This document shows positions 48,057-57,572 of a stretch of DNA of 64,000 nucleotides, piece by piece. The DNA comes from Candidatus Berkiella sp. (GTDB lineage Bacteria; Pseudomonadota; Gammaproteobacteria; Berkiellales; Berkiellaceae). Below the pieces are notes generated by a model. The model was not told the DNA's origin. It did no database searches and saw only the letters and a list, made by a program, of their open reading frames with translations. A program made the translations under genes and the position numbers. Location of the stretch: positions 2,261-66,260 of the forward strand of contig JBFWLB010000007.1 in assembly GCA_050252335.1 (NCBI GenBank), read 5' to 3'. Within the stretch, counting starts at the first letter, position 1. The number at the start of each line of letters is the position of its first letter.

Positions 48057-48231
48057 ATTCGCGAAGCGAATAAGAAATCCCACTTTTTGAAGGGGGACGC
48101 GCACTGACAAGTGCGCAAGGGGGATTGATGCTGAGGATTTAAGGTCAAACAGCTAAATCCCTCTGCTTGGCGCAGCTACGCTGCTACCAAGCTTCTCCCT
48201 TTACAAAGTGAGAACATGTTCGCTTTACGAA
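48057..48231. repeat. Long REP/MITE-like element (copy C)
   Basis: gcgaagcgaat...agggggac...acagctaaatc...ttctccctttacaaagtgagaa...ttcgctttacgaa; homologous to copies A and B. Confidence 0.78.
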
Positions 48232-48335
48232 CGAAGGAAGAACAAGACAGTTCCTCGCTCATTGTCAACTTGTGTAGAGAAGACTACTTTACACTGTTAA
48301 TAAATACTTAAAGATTTTATCAAGCGAGAAAAGTA

Positions 48336-48989
48336 CTAAACAGTACCAAACATACGGTCGCCTGCATCTCCCAACCCTGGTCTGATAAATCCATGCTCAT
48401 CCAAACCTTGGTCTAAACAAGCAGAGAAAACGGGCACATCAGGATGCTGTTTGAAGAAGGCTCTTAATCCTTCAGGTGCGGCTAACAAACAAACCACCGT
48501 AATATCTTTTACTTGATTCTCTTTTAAAGTATCAACAGCACGTATTGCAGATCCACCTGTTGCTAACATCGGATCACAGACATAAAAAGGTCTTTGATGA
48601 CTCGTTTCTGGCACTTTAAAATAATAGCCTTCTGGTTGCAGCGTTTTCTCATTGCGGAATAAACCAATATGCCCCACTTTAGCAGAAGGCAAAAGAGACA
48701 ACATTGCTTCCACCATACCAATGCCCGCTCTTAAGATTGGCAAAATAACGGGTGCAGGACCTGATAAGACAGGTGATTGCATCATTTCCATTGGCGTCTG
48801 GATGTTTTCTAATGTGAGTTGTAAATTTTGTGTTGCTTCATAAGCAATTAACAATGTCAGCTCATGCACCAATTCACGAAATAATTTGTATTCTGTATCC
48901 CTGTTTCTCAGCAAAGATAATTTACTAGAAACCAATGGATGCTTTACTTGAAAAAAATGTGGAAATTCATGATTCTGAATAAGTGCCAT
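48336..48989 (-). CDS. upp: Uracil phosphoribosyltransferase
   Basis: HPLV, ILRAGIGM, DPMLATGGS, PGLGDAGDR. Confidence 0.97.
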   Translation of the reverse strand: MALIQNHEFPHFFQVKHPLVSSKLSLLRNRDTEYKLFRELVHELTLLIAYEATQNLQLTLENIQTPMEMMQSPVLSGPAPVILPILRAGIGMVEAMLSLLPSAKVGHIGLFRNEKTLQPEGYYFKVPETSHQRPFYVCDPMLATGGSAIRAVDTLKENQVKDITVVCLLAAPEGLRAFFKQHPDVPVFSACLDQGLDEHGFIRPGLGDAGDRMFGTV

Positions 48990-49001
48990 TTTCCCCTCTC
49001 T

Positions 49002-49208
49002 TTAATGATAAATTCGTTTGTCTTCCAGCAATAAAGAAGCAGCTATAGAGGCTTTATACAAGATAAAAGGATCAGAATGATTTAAACCATCTTGAATGTC
49101 TTCAATATAAGGATGTCTACGACCAATTTTTTCCCAATATTGAGATAAAAAGCTTAAAGTTTCTCTGAGAAATACTATGTATTCATTAAAAGACTGTTCA
49201 GTTCTCAT
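49002..49208 (-). CDS. Hypothetical small protein
   Basis: ATG 49208 directly after the DUF445 stop; 68 aa. Confidence 0.55.
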   Translation of the reverse strand: MRTEQSFNEYIVFLRETLSFLSQYWEKIGRRHPYIEDIQDGLNHSDPFILYKASIAASLLLEDKRIYH

Positions 49209-49210
49209 CT

Positions 49211-49933
49211 TTATATAAAACTCTTCATAAAGCCAATCAATCCACCAAATACACCACCCCAAACAACCAACCACCCCAAATGCTCTCTGATCATTCTTTG
49301 AATGATTTGCTTGATATGCTGAGGTGTTAATTCTTTTAAGCGGTCGTCTATCATAGACTCTACTGTATCTCGGAATGCTAAACGCGTGCCCTCATTCATC
49401 TGCGTATTTGATGACTGAAAATCTTCAATGAGCTTCTCTAATGCAATTTTAATTTTTTCTTGAAGTGGTGCTTTCAATTTATCAAGGGCATTTGCGCCGC
49501 CAAACATACTCAACATAGCGCCAATAGAAGAATTCTGTATTTCTTGCATTAAAGACTGATAGATTTTTTCATAATCGATTTGTTCTTTAAAATGTGTAAC
49601 CGTTGTTTGAGAAAGCGCAGCCAAAGGATTTGCTGTAATATGTGGCGCATCAAAAAACTCGCCCATCATAAGTTGCTTTATACCAGCTTTAAATTGATTA
49701 AATTGAGTCGGAATAACGCCCGAACCATATAACCCAGGTATCTTTTCAAATAACATGTAAATTGCAAGCCAATTGGTCAAAGCACCGGAAAAGGCAAAAT
49801 AACCTATATTACTTAAACATGCGGCAGATGCCTGGTTACTGATGACAAAACTAGCAGCAATACACAGCAAGGCCACAGCATTGGTGGCAAAGCTTTTATT
49901 AAAGAAAATAGCTGTAGGAGATACTGCTTGCAT
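49211..49933 (-). CDS. DUF445 family membrane protein
   Basis: GALTNWLAIYMLFEK-PG-YGSGVIP; HLGWLVVWGGVFGGLIG. Confidence 0.88.
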   Translation of the reverse strand: MQAVSPTAIFFNKSFATNAVALLCIAASFVISNQASAACLSNIGYFAFSGALTNWLAIYMLFEKIPGLYGSGVIPTQFNQFKAGIKQLMMGEFFDAPHITANPLAALSQTTVTHFKEQIDYEKIYQSLMQEIQNSSIGAMLSMFGGANALDKLKAPLQEKIKIALEKLIEDFQSSNTQMNEGTRLAFRDTVESMIDDRLKELTPQHIKQIIQRMIREHLGWLVVWGGVFGGLIGFMKSFI

Positions 49934-50052
49934 TTATACACTAATTACTGCTCATTTAAGTAGTCAGGAGTGTACCACAAGCATCAATGCAATTGAATCC
50001 AAACCAAGACAGGGTGATTGAAATGACTGACAAGGCAGCAATATTTTGCTGT

Positions 50053-50688
50053 CTAACTACGAAGGTGCTTCTTACTTGCTCGTAATAGCTCCACTTCACG
50101 TTTGATTACATGCTGAATAAGTCTTTCTGAATCTTCGCCTCTTATTTCAACGAAATTCACAGCAATTCGAAAGGGGTTTTCAGCTGAATAGCTGATATTT
50201 TCAGATAAAGCTACTTTTTCACTACTAACAATCTCCCCCAAACAGACAATATACTGCCTACTAGGCAGTAATATTATTTCAATCTGTACTGTTTGCCCTT
50301 TTTCAATGGGAGTGGGCGCCATAAAGCTAATACCACAACCACTGAGGCTGACTGTCACCGGCTCTCTATTGAAGATACTGCTATTTTTTCTTCGATCGTT
50401 AGGAAGGCCTTTTGCTATAACATTTAATTTTCGGTTCAATAATTCTATTGCTTGCGAAAGTAAAAGATTTTCTTTCTTAGATTTTTTAATAAGATCTTGG
50501 ATATCTGATTCGAGCATTACAAAGATATGGTAAAGATCTGGACATAAATCTTCTCCAGATTGCAATTTTCGACTCTGAAGTTGCTTCTCTTCTTCAGACA
50601 AAGTTTTATAGCTAAGAACAACTTTATCTTCAATGCGAAAATAGCGACGACGCTCTACATCATTCCTGGGGGCTTTAGGTGCAGTCAT
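50053..50688 (-). CDS. PilZ domain protein
   Basis: ERRRYFRI (RxxxR) and SLSGCG (D/NxSxxG-like) c-di-GMP motifs. Confidence 0.8.
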   Translation of the reverse strand: MTAPKAPRNDVERRRYFRIEDKVVLSYKTLSEEEKQLQSRKLQSGEDLCPDLYHIFVMLESDIQDLIKKSKKENLLLSQAIELLNRKLNVIAKGLPNDRRKNSSIFNREPVTVSLSGCGISFMAPTPIEKGQTVQIEIILLPSRQYIVCLGEIVSSEKVALSENISYSAENPFRIAVNFVEIRGEDSERLIQHVIKREVELLRASKKHLRS

Positions 50689-50882
50689 GATATTCCCTAA
50701 AAATTGTGTCCACTATCCCTGCGTTTTTACCATTAAATTATAGAAATTTAATTCAATCTATATTTTAAAAAGAAATTGTTTAAAATTATACCTCAAAAAT
50801 TGATATTGACAAAAACTTAGTGAATATGCATTTTCCATCTATTTAAATTCTTCATTTTTTAGTCACTCAACAAAAATTTCGA

Positions 50883-51002
50883 TCAACTTCTTGAGATTTT
50901 AATAGAAACTCTTCTTTTATCTAAGGTACTCTTCGGATTATTTAATAACAGATGCGCCACGCTGGCTGCACGCACAATAGAAAGATCCCAATTAGATAGC
51001 CA
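50883..51002 (-). pseudogene. motB: motB/pomB remnant (OmpA-like C-terminal fragment)
   Basis: Hand-translated WLSNWDLSIVRAASVAHLL...KRRVSIKI; no start, internal deletion. Confidence 0.7.
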
Positions 51003-51115
51003 CTTGCTCTATTCTCTCTTCTCTTTCTTCTCTTTCTTCTCTTTTACTTTTTCAAAAATAGCTTCATCCAGCTCTATTTGATTGGGCACAGCTACTGTTT
51101 TTTTCTTAATTTCAT

Positions 51116-51611
51116 TTTTGGATCAGACATGTTACCAAGCATCAAGACTAAACCAATCAATGTGCCTATCATACCCATTGCAGGCGCAACTTCTGCAGTG
51201 GCGCTCAAATGCCAGATTCATATCTTTTGATAACATTAATTTGACAACATCTGGCTCATGGCCATCTATCATTCATTGTACGCCTCTCTTCATAAAATGA
51301 TTTTTGACTTCAATGCCCTCTAAGGCTACCAAACCACTTTTTCGTGTAGCTGTTGCAATTTTTACAGCCTCATCAATACATTCTGCAGGATTAAATTTCT
51401 TAAGAATAAATATTTTACCCGCTGATTTAAAAGCGCCAAGAAACTGCTTTAAACCAAACTTTGTCATTACAACTAAAATACTGCCTAAAACAACAATAGA
51501 AATAGAAGATATATCGAAAAATGAAGCTATGCCTCCCCCTATCACCATGCTATAGGCAATAATGGCAAAAGAACCAATCAGACCAATAAACGTTGCTAAA
51601 TCCACGCCCAT
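51116..51611 (-). pseudogene. motA: motA/pomA pseudogene
   Basis: DLATFIG...GVQ*MIDGHEPDVV...ERH, then frameshift to AEVAPAMGMIGTLIGLVLMLGNMSDP, then truncation. Confidence 0.88.
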
Positions 51612-51823
51612 TCTTCAAGATAAAAACAGATGTTTTACTCCACATTTAGCCATGAAAAAGCATGCTTGCTGCAAATACGCTGTCCTTGCCCCTCTTACTG
51701 ATTTGGATGATTCACGCTTTTTTGGAAAATCAACTAAATCATTCATTTGCTGATTTTGTAGATAATGACTCTAAATATTGACCGCAGAACAACATTTAAG
51801 TTATTTTTGGCGTTTATTTTCGA

Positions 51824-52060
51824 TTGATGAATCCTGTGGCTAACAAAAAAATATCTAAATCCGTTGATTTTGAAGGTTCTTTGAAAGAACTGGAAGAAAT
51901 TGTCGCTAAAATGGAAGGACAAGAACTTAGCTTAGAAGCTGCACTTGCTCAATTTGAAAAAGGCATTTCTCTAGCTAAACAATGTCAAATCACTCTACAA
52001 AATGCCAAACAACGAGTCGACAAGCTCATTGAAGAAAACGACGACAATAGCGCTCAATGA
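51824..52060 (+). CDS. xseB: Exodeoxyribonuclease VII small subunit
   Basis: FEGSLKELEEIVAKME...LSLEAALAQFEKG; upstream of ispA. Confidence 0.93.
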   Translation: MMNPVANKKISKSVDFEGSLKELEEIVAKMEGQELSLEAALAQFEKGISLAKQCQITLQNAKQRVDKLIEENDDNSAQ

Positions 52061-52962
52061 AAGTATTGAATGTGTTATCAGGTTCATTCGAAGACAAGCT
52101 TTTTCAAGTACAAGCTCGGCTACCCGAATTATTAAAAAGATTTCTCCCCCCGCCCAATACAACTTTGCATGAAGCAATGCATTATGCCTGCTTAAATGGC
52201 GGTAAACGCTTAAGGCCATTACTGGTCTATGCCACTGCAGAAGCTTATGCACTTCCTTGGGAGGCGCTAGATATTTTGGCGGTCGCTGTAGAGCTGATCC
52301 ATTGCTATTCCCTAGTGCATGACGATTTACCCGCGATGGATGACGATGATCTCAGACGCGGTAAGGCAACCTGCCACAAAGCTTTTGATGAGGCAACAGC
52401 GATTCTCGTGGGCGATGCACTACAAACACTCGCTTTTGAAATTCTATCTGACACTACAAAATCGTGTATTTCCTCTGATTATTTATTAGCAATTATTCGC
52501 ACCCTTGCCCAAGCGATAGGGCCTCAGGGCATGGTTCTGGGACAAGCCTTAGACATGGCAGCAACCGCTCGAACCATTTCTGCGCAAGAATTAATCACTT
52601 TACACCACGCTAAGACTGGGGCATTGATCAATGCTTGTGTACAATGTAGCGCTATCGCATGCGGTGAAACAGATCTTAATAAGTTAGCTTTGTTGCAAAA
52701 TTATGGTCGTTCGATTGGATTAGCATTTCAGATACAAGATGACCTCTTAGATGTTACGGGAGAGAGCTACGTGCTTGGCAAACAAACAGGTATGGATAAA
52801 GAAAATCAAAAAAATACTTTTGTGTCTATATTTGGCCTTGAACACGCTAAACGACATGCAAAAACACTTTTTATAGAAGCAACACAATATCTAGAAGCCT
52901 TCAATAAACCGAGTCAAACATTACATGACATCGCTTATTATTGTGTCGCGAGGGTTATGTAA
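52057..52962 (+). CDS. ispA: Farnesyl diphosphate synthase
   Basis: GGKRLRP, HDDLPAMDDDDLRRG, KTG, FQIQDD. Confidence 0.96.
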   Translation: MKVLNVLSGSFEDKLFQVQARLPELLKRFLPPPNTTLHEAMHYACLNGGKRLRPLLVYATAEAYALPWEALDILAVAVELIHCYSLVHDDLPAMDDDDLRRGKATCHKAFDEATAILVGDALQTLAFEILSDTTKSCISSDYLLAIIRTLAQAIGPQGMVLGQALDMAATARTISAQELITLHHAKTGALINACVQCSAIACGETDLNKLALLQNYGRSIGLAFQIQDDLLDVTGESYVLGKQTGMDKENQKNTFVSIFGLEHAKRHAKTLFIEATQYLEAFNKPSQTLHDIAYYCVARVM

Positions 52963-54876
52963 ATGACGCACAATGTAAATCATGTTTCATTGGATGATAT
53001 TCATTCTCCTGATGATTTAAAAAAGGTACGGGCCCAAGATTTACCCATATTAGCAGAACAATTACGCCGTTTTTTATATGAAACCCTCAATCAAACAGGC
53101 GGTCATTTCGCTGCAGGTCTAGGTGTGGTTGAACTAACGCTTGCCCTACATTATGTGTTTAAGACACCGGAAGATAAAATTATATGGGACGTGGGTCATC
53201 AAGCTTATCCTCATAAAATACTCACAGAAAGACAATCTCTATTACACACGATCCGCCAGAAAGATGGGCTAGCCCCCTTCCCTGTGCGAGAAGAAAGTCC
53301 CTATGATGTCTTTGGCGTAGGACATTCAAGTACCTCTATCAGTGCAGCCTGCGGCATGGCGCAAGCCAACCAGTTGCTGGGCAAAAGCGATAAAGTGATT
53401 GCTGTGATTGGCGATGGCGCCATGACAGCGGGCATGGCTTTTGAAGCACTGAATCATGCGGGTGATTTGAAAAGCAATATGTTAGTTATTTTAAATGACA
53501 ATGATATGTCTATTTCAGGCAACGTTGGCGCACTTTCTAATTATTTTGCACGTATCTTATCGAGCAAAATGTACACTTCAATGAAACAAAATTCAAAACG
53601 CGTACTCTCTCGCATCCCTCCTGTGTGGGAATTTGCTAGAAAAACAGAATCACATTTAAAAGGTATGATAGCGCCTGGTACGCTCTTTGAAGAATTAGGC
53701 TGGAATTATCTAGGACCTATTGATGGGCATGACATCCCTACTTTATTAAAGACTTTATCGAATCTAAAAGCATTACCAGGCCCACAATTACTGCATGTGA
53801 TCACGCAAAAAGGTAAGGGCTATCCCCTTGCAGAGCAAGATCCTATTAAGTATCACGCCGTTAACAAAGGGTTTTATAAATCCTCAACAAGCTGCTCCCA
53901 ATCTTCCAGCAGTACGAGTCCATCCACTGAAAAATCCATGCCCTCTTACTCAGATATTTTTGGTGCATGGCTATGTGAAATGGCAGAAAAAGACGATCGT
54001 ATTGTGGGTATCACACCAGCCATGTGTGAAGGCTCAGGCATGGTGAACTTTAAAGCAAAGTTTCCAAACAGGTACTTTGATGTCGGCATTGCAGAACAAC
54101 ATAGTGTTACCTTTGCCGCAGGCTTAGCTTGCGAAAATATCAAGCCAGTTGTGGCAATCTACTCAACCTTTCTGCAACGCGCCTACGATCAACTGATCCA
54201 CGATGTGGCTTTACAAAATCTCCCTGTGCTCTTTGCTTTAGATAGGGCAGGATTGGTAGGAGATGGTCCCACACACTCTGGCAGTTTCGATCTCAGCTTC
54301 TTACGATGCATCCCTAATATGATCATCATGGCGCCTAGCGACGCAAATGAGTGTAGACACATGCTTTACACCGGCATCGTGGCCAATAGTCCAAGTGCAG
54401 TACGCTATCCACGTGGTTCAAGCCATTGGGTGGAATTAGATAAAGAATTAAAAGCTTTACCCCTTGGCAAAGGCGAAATAAAGCGCCAAGGTAAGCATAT
54501 TGCTATCTTAAGTTTTGGCAGCCTCTTACAAACCGCCTTAGAAGTGGGAGATGAGCTCAACACCACTGTTGTAAATATGCGCTTTGTAAAGCCCTTGGAT
54601 GAAGCATTAATCCTCCAATTAGCTGAAACACATAGCACGATTGTGACACTTGAAGAAAACGTCGTGATTGGTGGCGCAGGACAAGGCGTAAGTGCATGTT
54701 TAAATCAGCATGGCTTAAATGTTAAGATAATAAACCTAGGATTACCAGACTATTTTGTAAGTCATGGGGATCCTAAACTCCTGTTAGCCAGCTGTGGACT
54801 TGATAAAAAAGCTATCATTCATCGCATTATGCAGGAAGAAGCTTGTCAAAAGGTAGTAAGTACCGTAAATTCTTAA
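52963..54876 (+). CDS. dxs: 1-deoxy-D-xylulose-5-phosphate synthase
   Basis: [38 protein letters not shown]. Confidence 0.97.
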   Translation: MTHNVNHVSLDDIHSPDDLKKVRAQDLPILAEQLRRFLYETLNQTGGHFAAGLGVVELTLALHYVFKTPEDKIIWDVGHQAYPHKILTERQSLLHTIRQKDGLAPFPVREESPYDVFGVGHSSTSISAACGMAQANQLLGKSDKVIAVIGDGAMTAGMAFEALNHAGDLKSNMLVILNDNDMSISGNVGALSNYFARILSSKMYTSMKQNSKRVLSRIPPVWEFARKTESHLKGMIAPGTLFEELGWNYLGPIDGHDIPTLLKTLSNLKALPGPQLLHVITQKGKGYPLAEQDPIKYHAVNKGFYKSSTSCSQSSSSTSPSTEKSMPSYSDIFGAWLCEMAEKDDRIVGITPAMCEGSGMVNFKAKFPNRYFDVGIAEQHSVTFAAGLACENIKPVVAIYSTFLQRAYDQLIHDVALQNLPVLFALDRAGLVGDGPTHSGSFDLSFLRCIPNMIIMAPSDANECRHMLYTGIVANSPSAVRYPRGSSHWVELDKELKALPLGKGEIKRQGKHIAILSFGSLLQTALEVGDELNTTVVNMRFVKPLDEALILQLAETHSTIVTLEENVVIGGAGQGVSACLNQHGLNVKIINLGLPDYFVSHGDPKLLLASCGLDKKAIIHRIMQEEACQKVVSTVNS

Positions 54877-54886
54877 ACTTTCTGTG

Positions 54887-55723
54887 ATGCTAAGGTTTCT
54901 TAAGTTGAATAACACATTTGAAGATATCCAAAATTGGCCTGATAATCGCAACATTTCTGTTGATAGAGTTGGGATCCGTGGTATCAAACACCCTGTTCGA
55001 TTCGAAGATTGGGTAGAACAAGGCAACATTGCTAGTCAACATCTGACTGCAACCATTGATATGATGGTGAATCTACCCAAAGATGTAAAAGGCACACACA
55101 TGTCGCGTTTTGTAGAAATACTTAATGCACAAGAAGTTGTACTCAGCATTGCAAATATGCCTTATTGGTTAGATGCTATGGCGACTAAATTAGAAGCGCA
55201 ACATTGTTTTTTCAAAGCAAATTTTGACTATTTTCTAACGAAAACGGCGCCTATTTCCAAAGTCAAAAGCTTAATGGACTACCAAGTAACACTCAATGGT
55301 GTTCTGTATGAAGGTGTTCCTCAAACCATTGTAACGGTTGTTATTCCTGTTACCTCATTGTGCCCATGCTCTAAAAAACTCTCAAAATATGGCGCACATA
55401 ATCAACGCTCACATATCACGCTTACCTTAGAAGCACGTCCAAATCTTTCATTACAAAAAATCATTCAATTGGTTGAAAGCAATGCTTCTTGCGAACTTTA
55501 CGGTATTGTAAAACGCAACGATGAAAAATATATCACTGAAAAAGCTTATGAAAATCCGAAGTTTGTTGAAGATATGGTGCGAGACGTGGCACACGCTTTG
55601 AGCAAAGAAGATACCTTATTGGGCTATAAAGTTGCTTCAGAAAATTTTGAATCAATACACAATCACTCTGCTTACGCTGAAATTGATTGTTTAACACTCC
55701 CTGCTATGATACGGACTCTATAA
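54887..55723 (+). CDS. folE2: GTP cyclohydrolase FolE2
   Basis: KGTHMSRF, TSLCPCSK, GAHNQRS, ENPKFVEDMVR, ESIHNH. Confidence 0.95.
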   Translation: MLRFLKLNNTFEDIQNWPDNRNISVDRVGIRGIKHPVRFEDWVEQGNIASQHLTATIDMMVNLPKDVKGTHMSRFVEILNAQEVVLSIANMPYWLDAMATKLEAQHCFFKANFDYFLTKTAPISKVKSLMDYQVTLNGVLYEGVPQTIVTVVIPVTSLCPCSKKLSKYGAHNQRSHITLTLEARPNLSLQKIIQLVESNASCELYGIVKRNDEKYITEKAYENPKFVEDMVRDVAHALSKEDTLLGYKVASENFESIHNHSAYAEIDCLTLPAMIRTL

Positions 55724-55736
55724 GAAAATTTTAAAA

Positions 55737-55804
55737 AACCCTCACCAGGCTTTCAGCCCGCCTCTCCCAAAATTGGTAGAGGCATTATGATTCGCATAGC
55801 GAAT
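55737..55804. repeat. Short REP-like palindromic element (copy G)
   Basis: Core cctctcccaaaattggtagagg identical to copy F; attcgc-ata-gcgaat end; between convergent folE2 and csrA. Confidence 0.75.
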
Positions 55805-55907
55805 CTAAATTTTTTCTCATAATTCTTTAGTCTAAAAACACGAAGAGCCAAGTTCCAGTTATTATCCTGAAATTGGCTCTCATTTGAGAAAGTTACTTCA
55901 TCAGCAA

Positions 55908-56117
55908 CTACTCTCCTGCGTCTGATGAATGACCTTCGTGTGAACCTTGTTCTTTTTCTTTTTGGATACGCTGGTAAATTTCTTCACGATGTACAGAAAT
56001 TTCTTTAGGCGCATTCACCCCGATTCGAACTTGGTTGCCTTTAACACCTAATACCGTAACCGTGACATTGTCTCCAATCATGAGGGTTTCACCGATACGA
56101 CGCGTCAAAATGAGCAT
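55908..56117 (-). CDS. csrA: Carbon storage regulator
   Basis: [10 protein letters not shown]...[22 protein letters not shown]; SD AAGGAG. Confidence 0.97.
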   Translation of the reverse strand: MLILTRRIGETLMIGDNVTVTVLGVKGNQVRIGVNAPKEISVHREEIYQRIQKEKEQGSHEGHSSDAGE

Positions 56118-56189
56118 TGTCAATCTCCTTTACAACAAAACAAGACGCCTTAAGCGTCTTGTTAAAAATAATCTTTTTATTAAACGCTA

Positions 56190-57443
56190 CTAGGCACGTA
56201 TGCGTGATGGGTATTCCTCTTGTACAGGCGCTTTATGCAATTCAAAGGCATCATGCAACGCCCTAACACCCAACTCTAAGTACTTTTCGTCCATCACCAC
56301 AGATACTTTAATTTCTGAAGTTGAAATTAACTGGATGTTTATACCTTCTTGTCCAAGAATTTTGAACATAGTACTTGCAATACCAGCATGTGATCGCATG
56401 CCTACACCGACAAGCGAAACTTTCGCTATCTTTGTGTCTCCGACCACACTTTTTGCTTTCATCTCTTTGGCTACTGCTTTCAGAATCTTTAAAGCTTGAT
56501 CATAATCTCGGCGGTGAACGGTAAATGTAAAATCAGTCGTACCGTCGTCCCCAAGATTTTGAATAATCATATCAACTTCAATGTTTGCATCACTGATGGG
56601 CATTAAAATTTTGGCAGCGACTCCCGGTACATCAGGAACCCCCCGAACAATTAACTTCGCTTCATCCCGACTAAATGCAATGCCCGAAACCACCGCATGT
56701 TCCATATTATTATCCTCGTAGGTGATTAAAGTGCCAGGCCCCTCAACAAAGGTTGAAAGCACTCTAAGCGGCACATTATATTTCCCAGCAAACTCAACGG
56801 CACGGATCTGTAACACGTTCGCTCCCAAACTTGAAAGCTCCAGCATCTCTTCAAAAGTGACGCAAGACATACGCCGAGCATCAGGTACCGTTCTTGGATC
56901 GGTAGTATATACACCATCGACATCCGTATAAATCTGGCACTCATCTGCTTCTAAACGCGCAGCCAACGCTACAGCGGTCGTATCTGAACCACCACGCCCT
57001 AAGGTCGTAATGTCCCCGTTTTCATCAACGCCTTGGAATCCTGCAACCACGACAACAAAGCCCGCCTTGAGATCACGACGAATATTTTCTTCGTCTATAG
57101 CAACAATGCGCGCTTTATTAAATTGGCTGTCCGTTTGAATAGGTACCTGAAATCCCATATAGGATTTCGCTGGGCATCCGATGTCTACCAGAGCCATACT
57201 GAGTAGCGCAATCGAAACTTGTTCACCTGTAGATAATAAGACATCCATTTCTCTGGGATGAGGATGTGTACATAAATTGGTAGCAAGTTTCTCTAATCTA
57301 TCTGTCTCATGTCCCATAGCAGAAACAACTACTACAAGATCATGACCTTGCTTCCTCGCCATCATGACTTTTTTGGCCACATAGCGAATAGAATCCAGAT
57401 CTTTTACTGAGGTACCACCGAATTTTTGTACTATTAAGCTCAT
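56190..57443 (-). CDS. lysC: Aspartate kinase
   Basis: VQKFGGTSV, TLGRGGSDTTA, DVDGVYTTDPR, two ACT domains. Confidence 0.96.
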   Translation of the reverse strand: MSLIVQKFGGTSVKDLDSIRYVAKKVMMARKQGHDLVVVVSAMGHETDRLEKLATNLCTHPHPREMDVLLSTGEQVSIALLSMALVDIGCPAKSYMGFQVPIQTDSQFNKARIVAIDEENIRRDLKAGFVVVVAGFQGVDENGDITTLGRGGSDTTAVALAARLEADECQIYTDVDGVYTTDPRTVPDARRMSCVTFEEMLELSSLGANVLQIRAVEFAGKYNVPLRVLSTFVEGPGTLITYEDNNMEHAVVSGIAFSRDEAKLIVRGVPDVPGVAAKILMPISDANIEVDMIIQNLGDDGTTDFTFTVHRRDYDQALKILKAVAKEMKAKSVVGDTKIAKVSLVGVGMRSHAGIASTMFKILGQEGINIQLISTSEIKVSVVMDEKYLELGVRALHDAFELHKAPVQEEYPSRIRA

Positions 57444-57572
57444 CAACTTATCCAAACAAGGCTGAATTCTAACATGTTTAAAATTTTAGGCAAAATTTGA
57501 AGATTTTCCACTATTAGCCTATCCGCTTTTTTAGCCACTTTCTACAAAAAGCTGACAAATCCATGATTTTTC

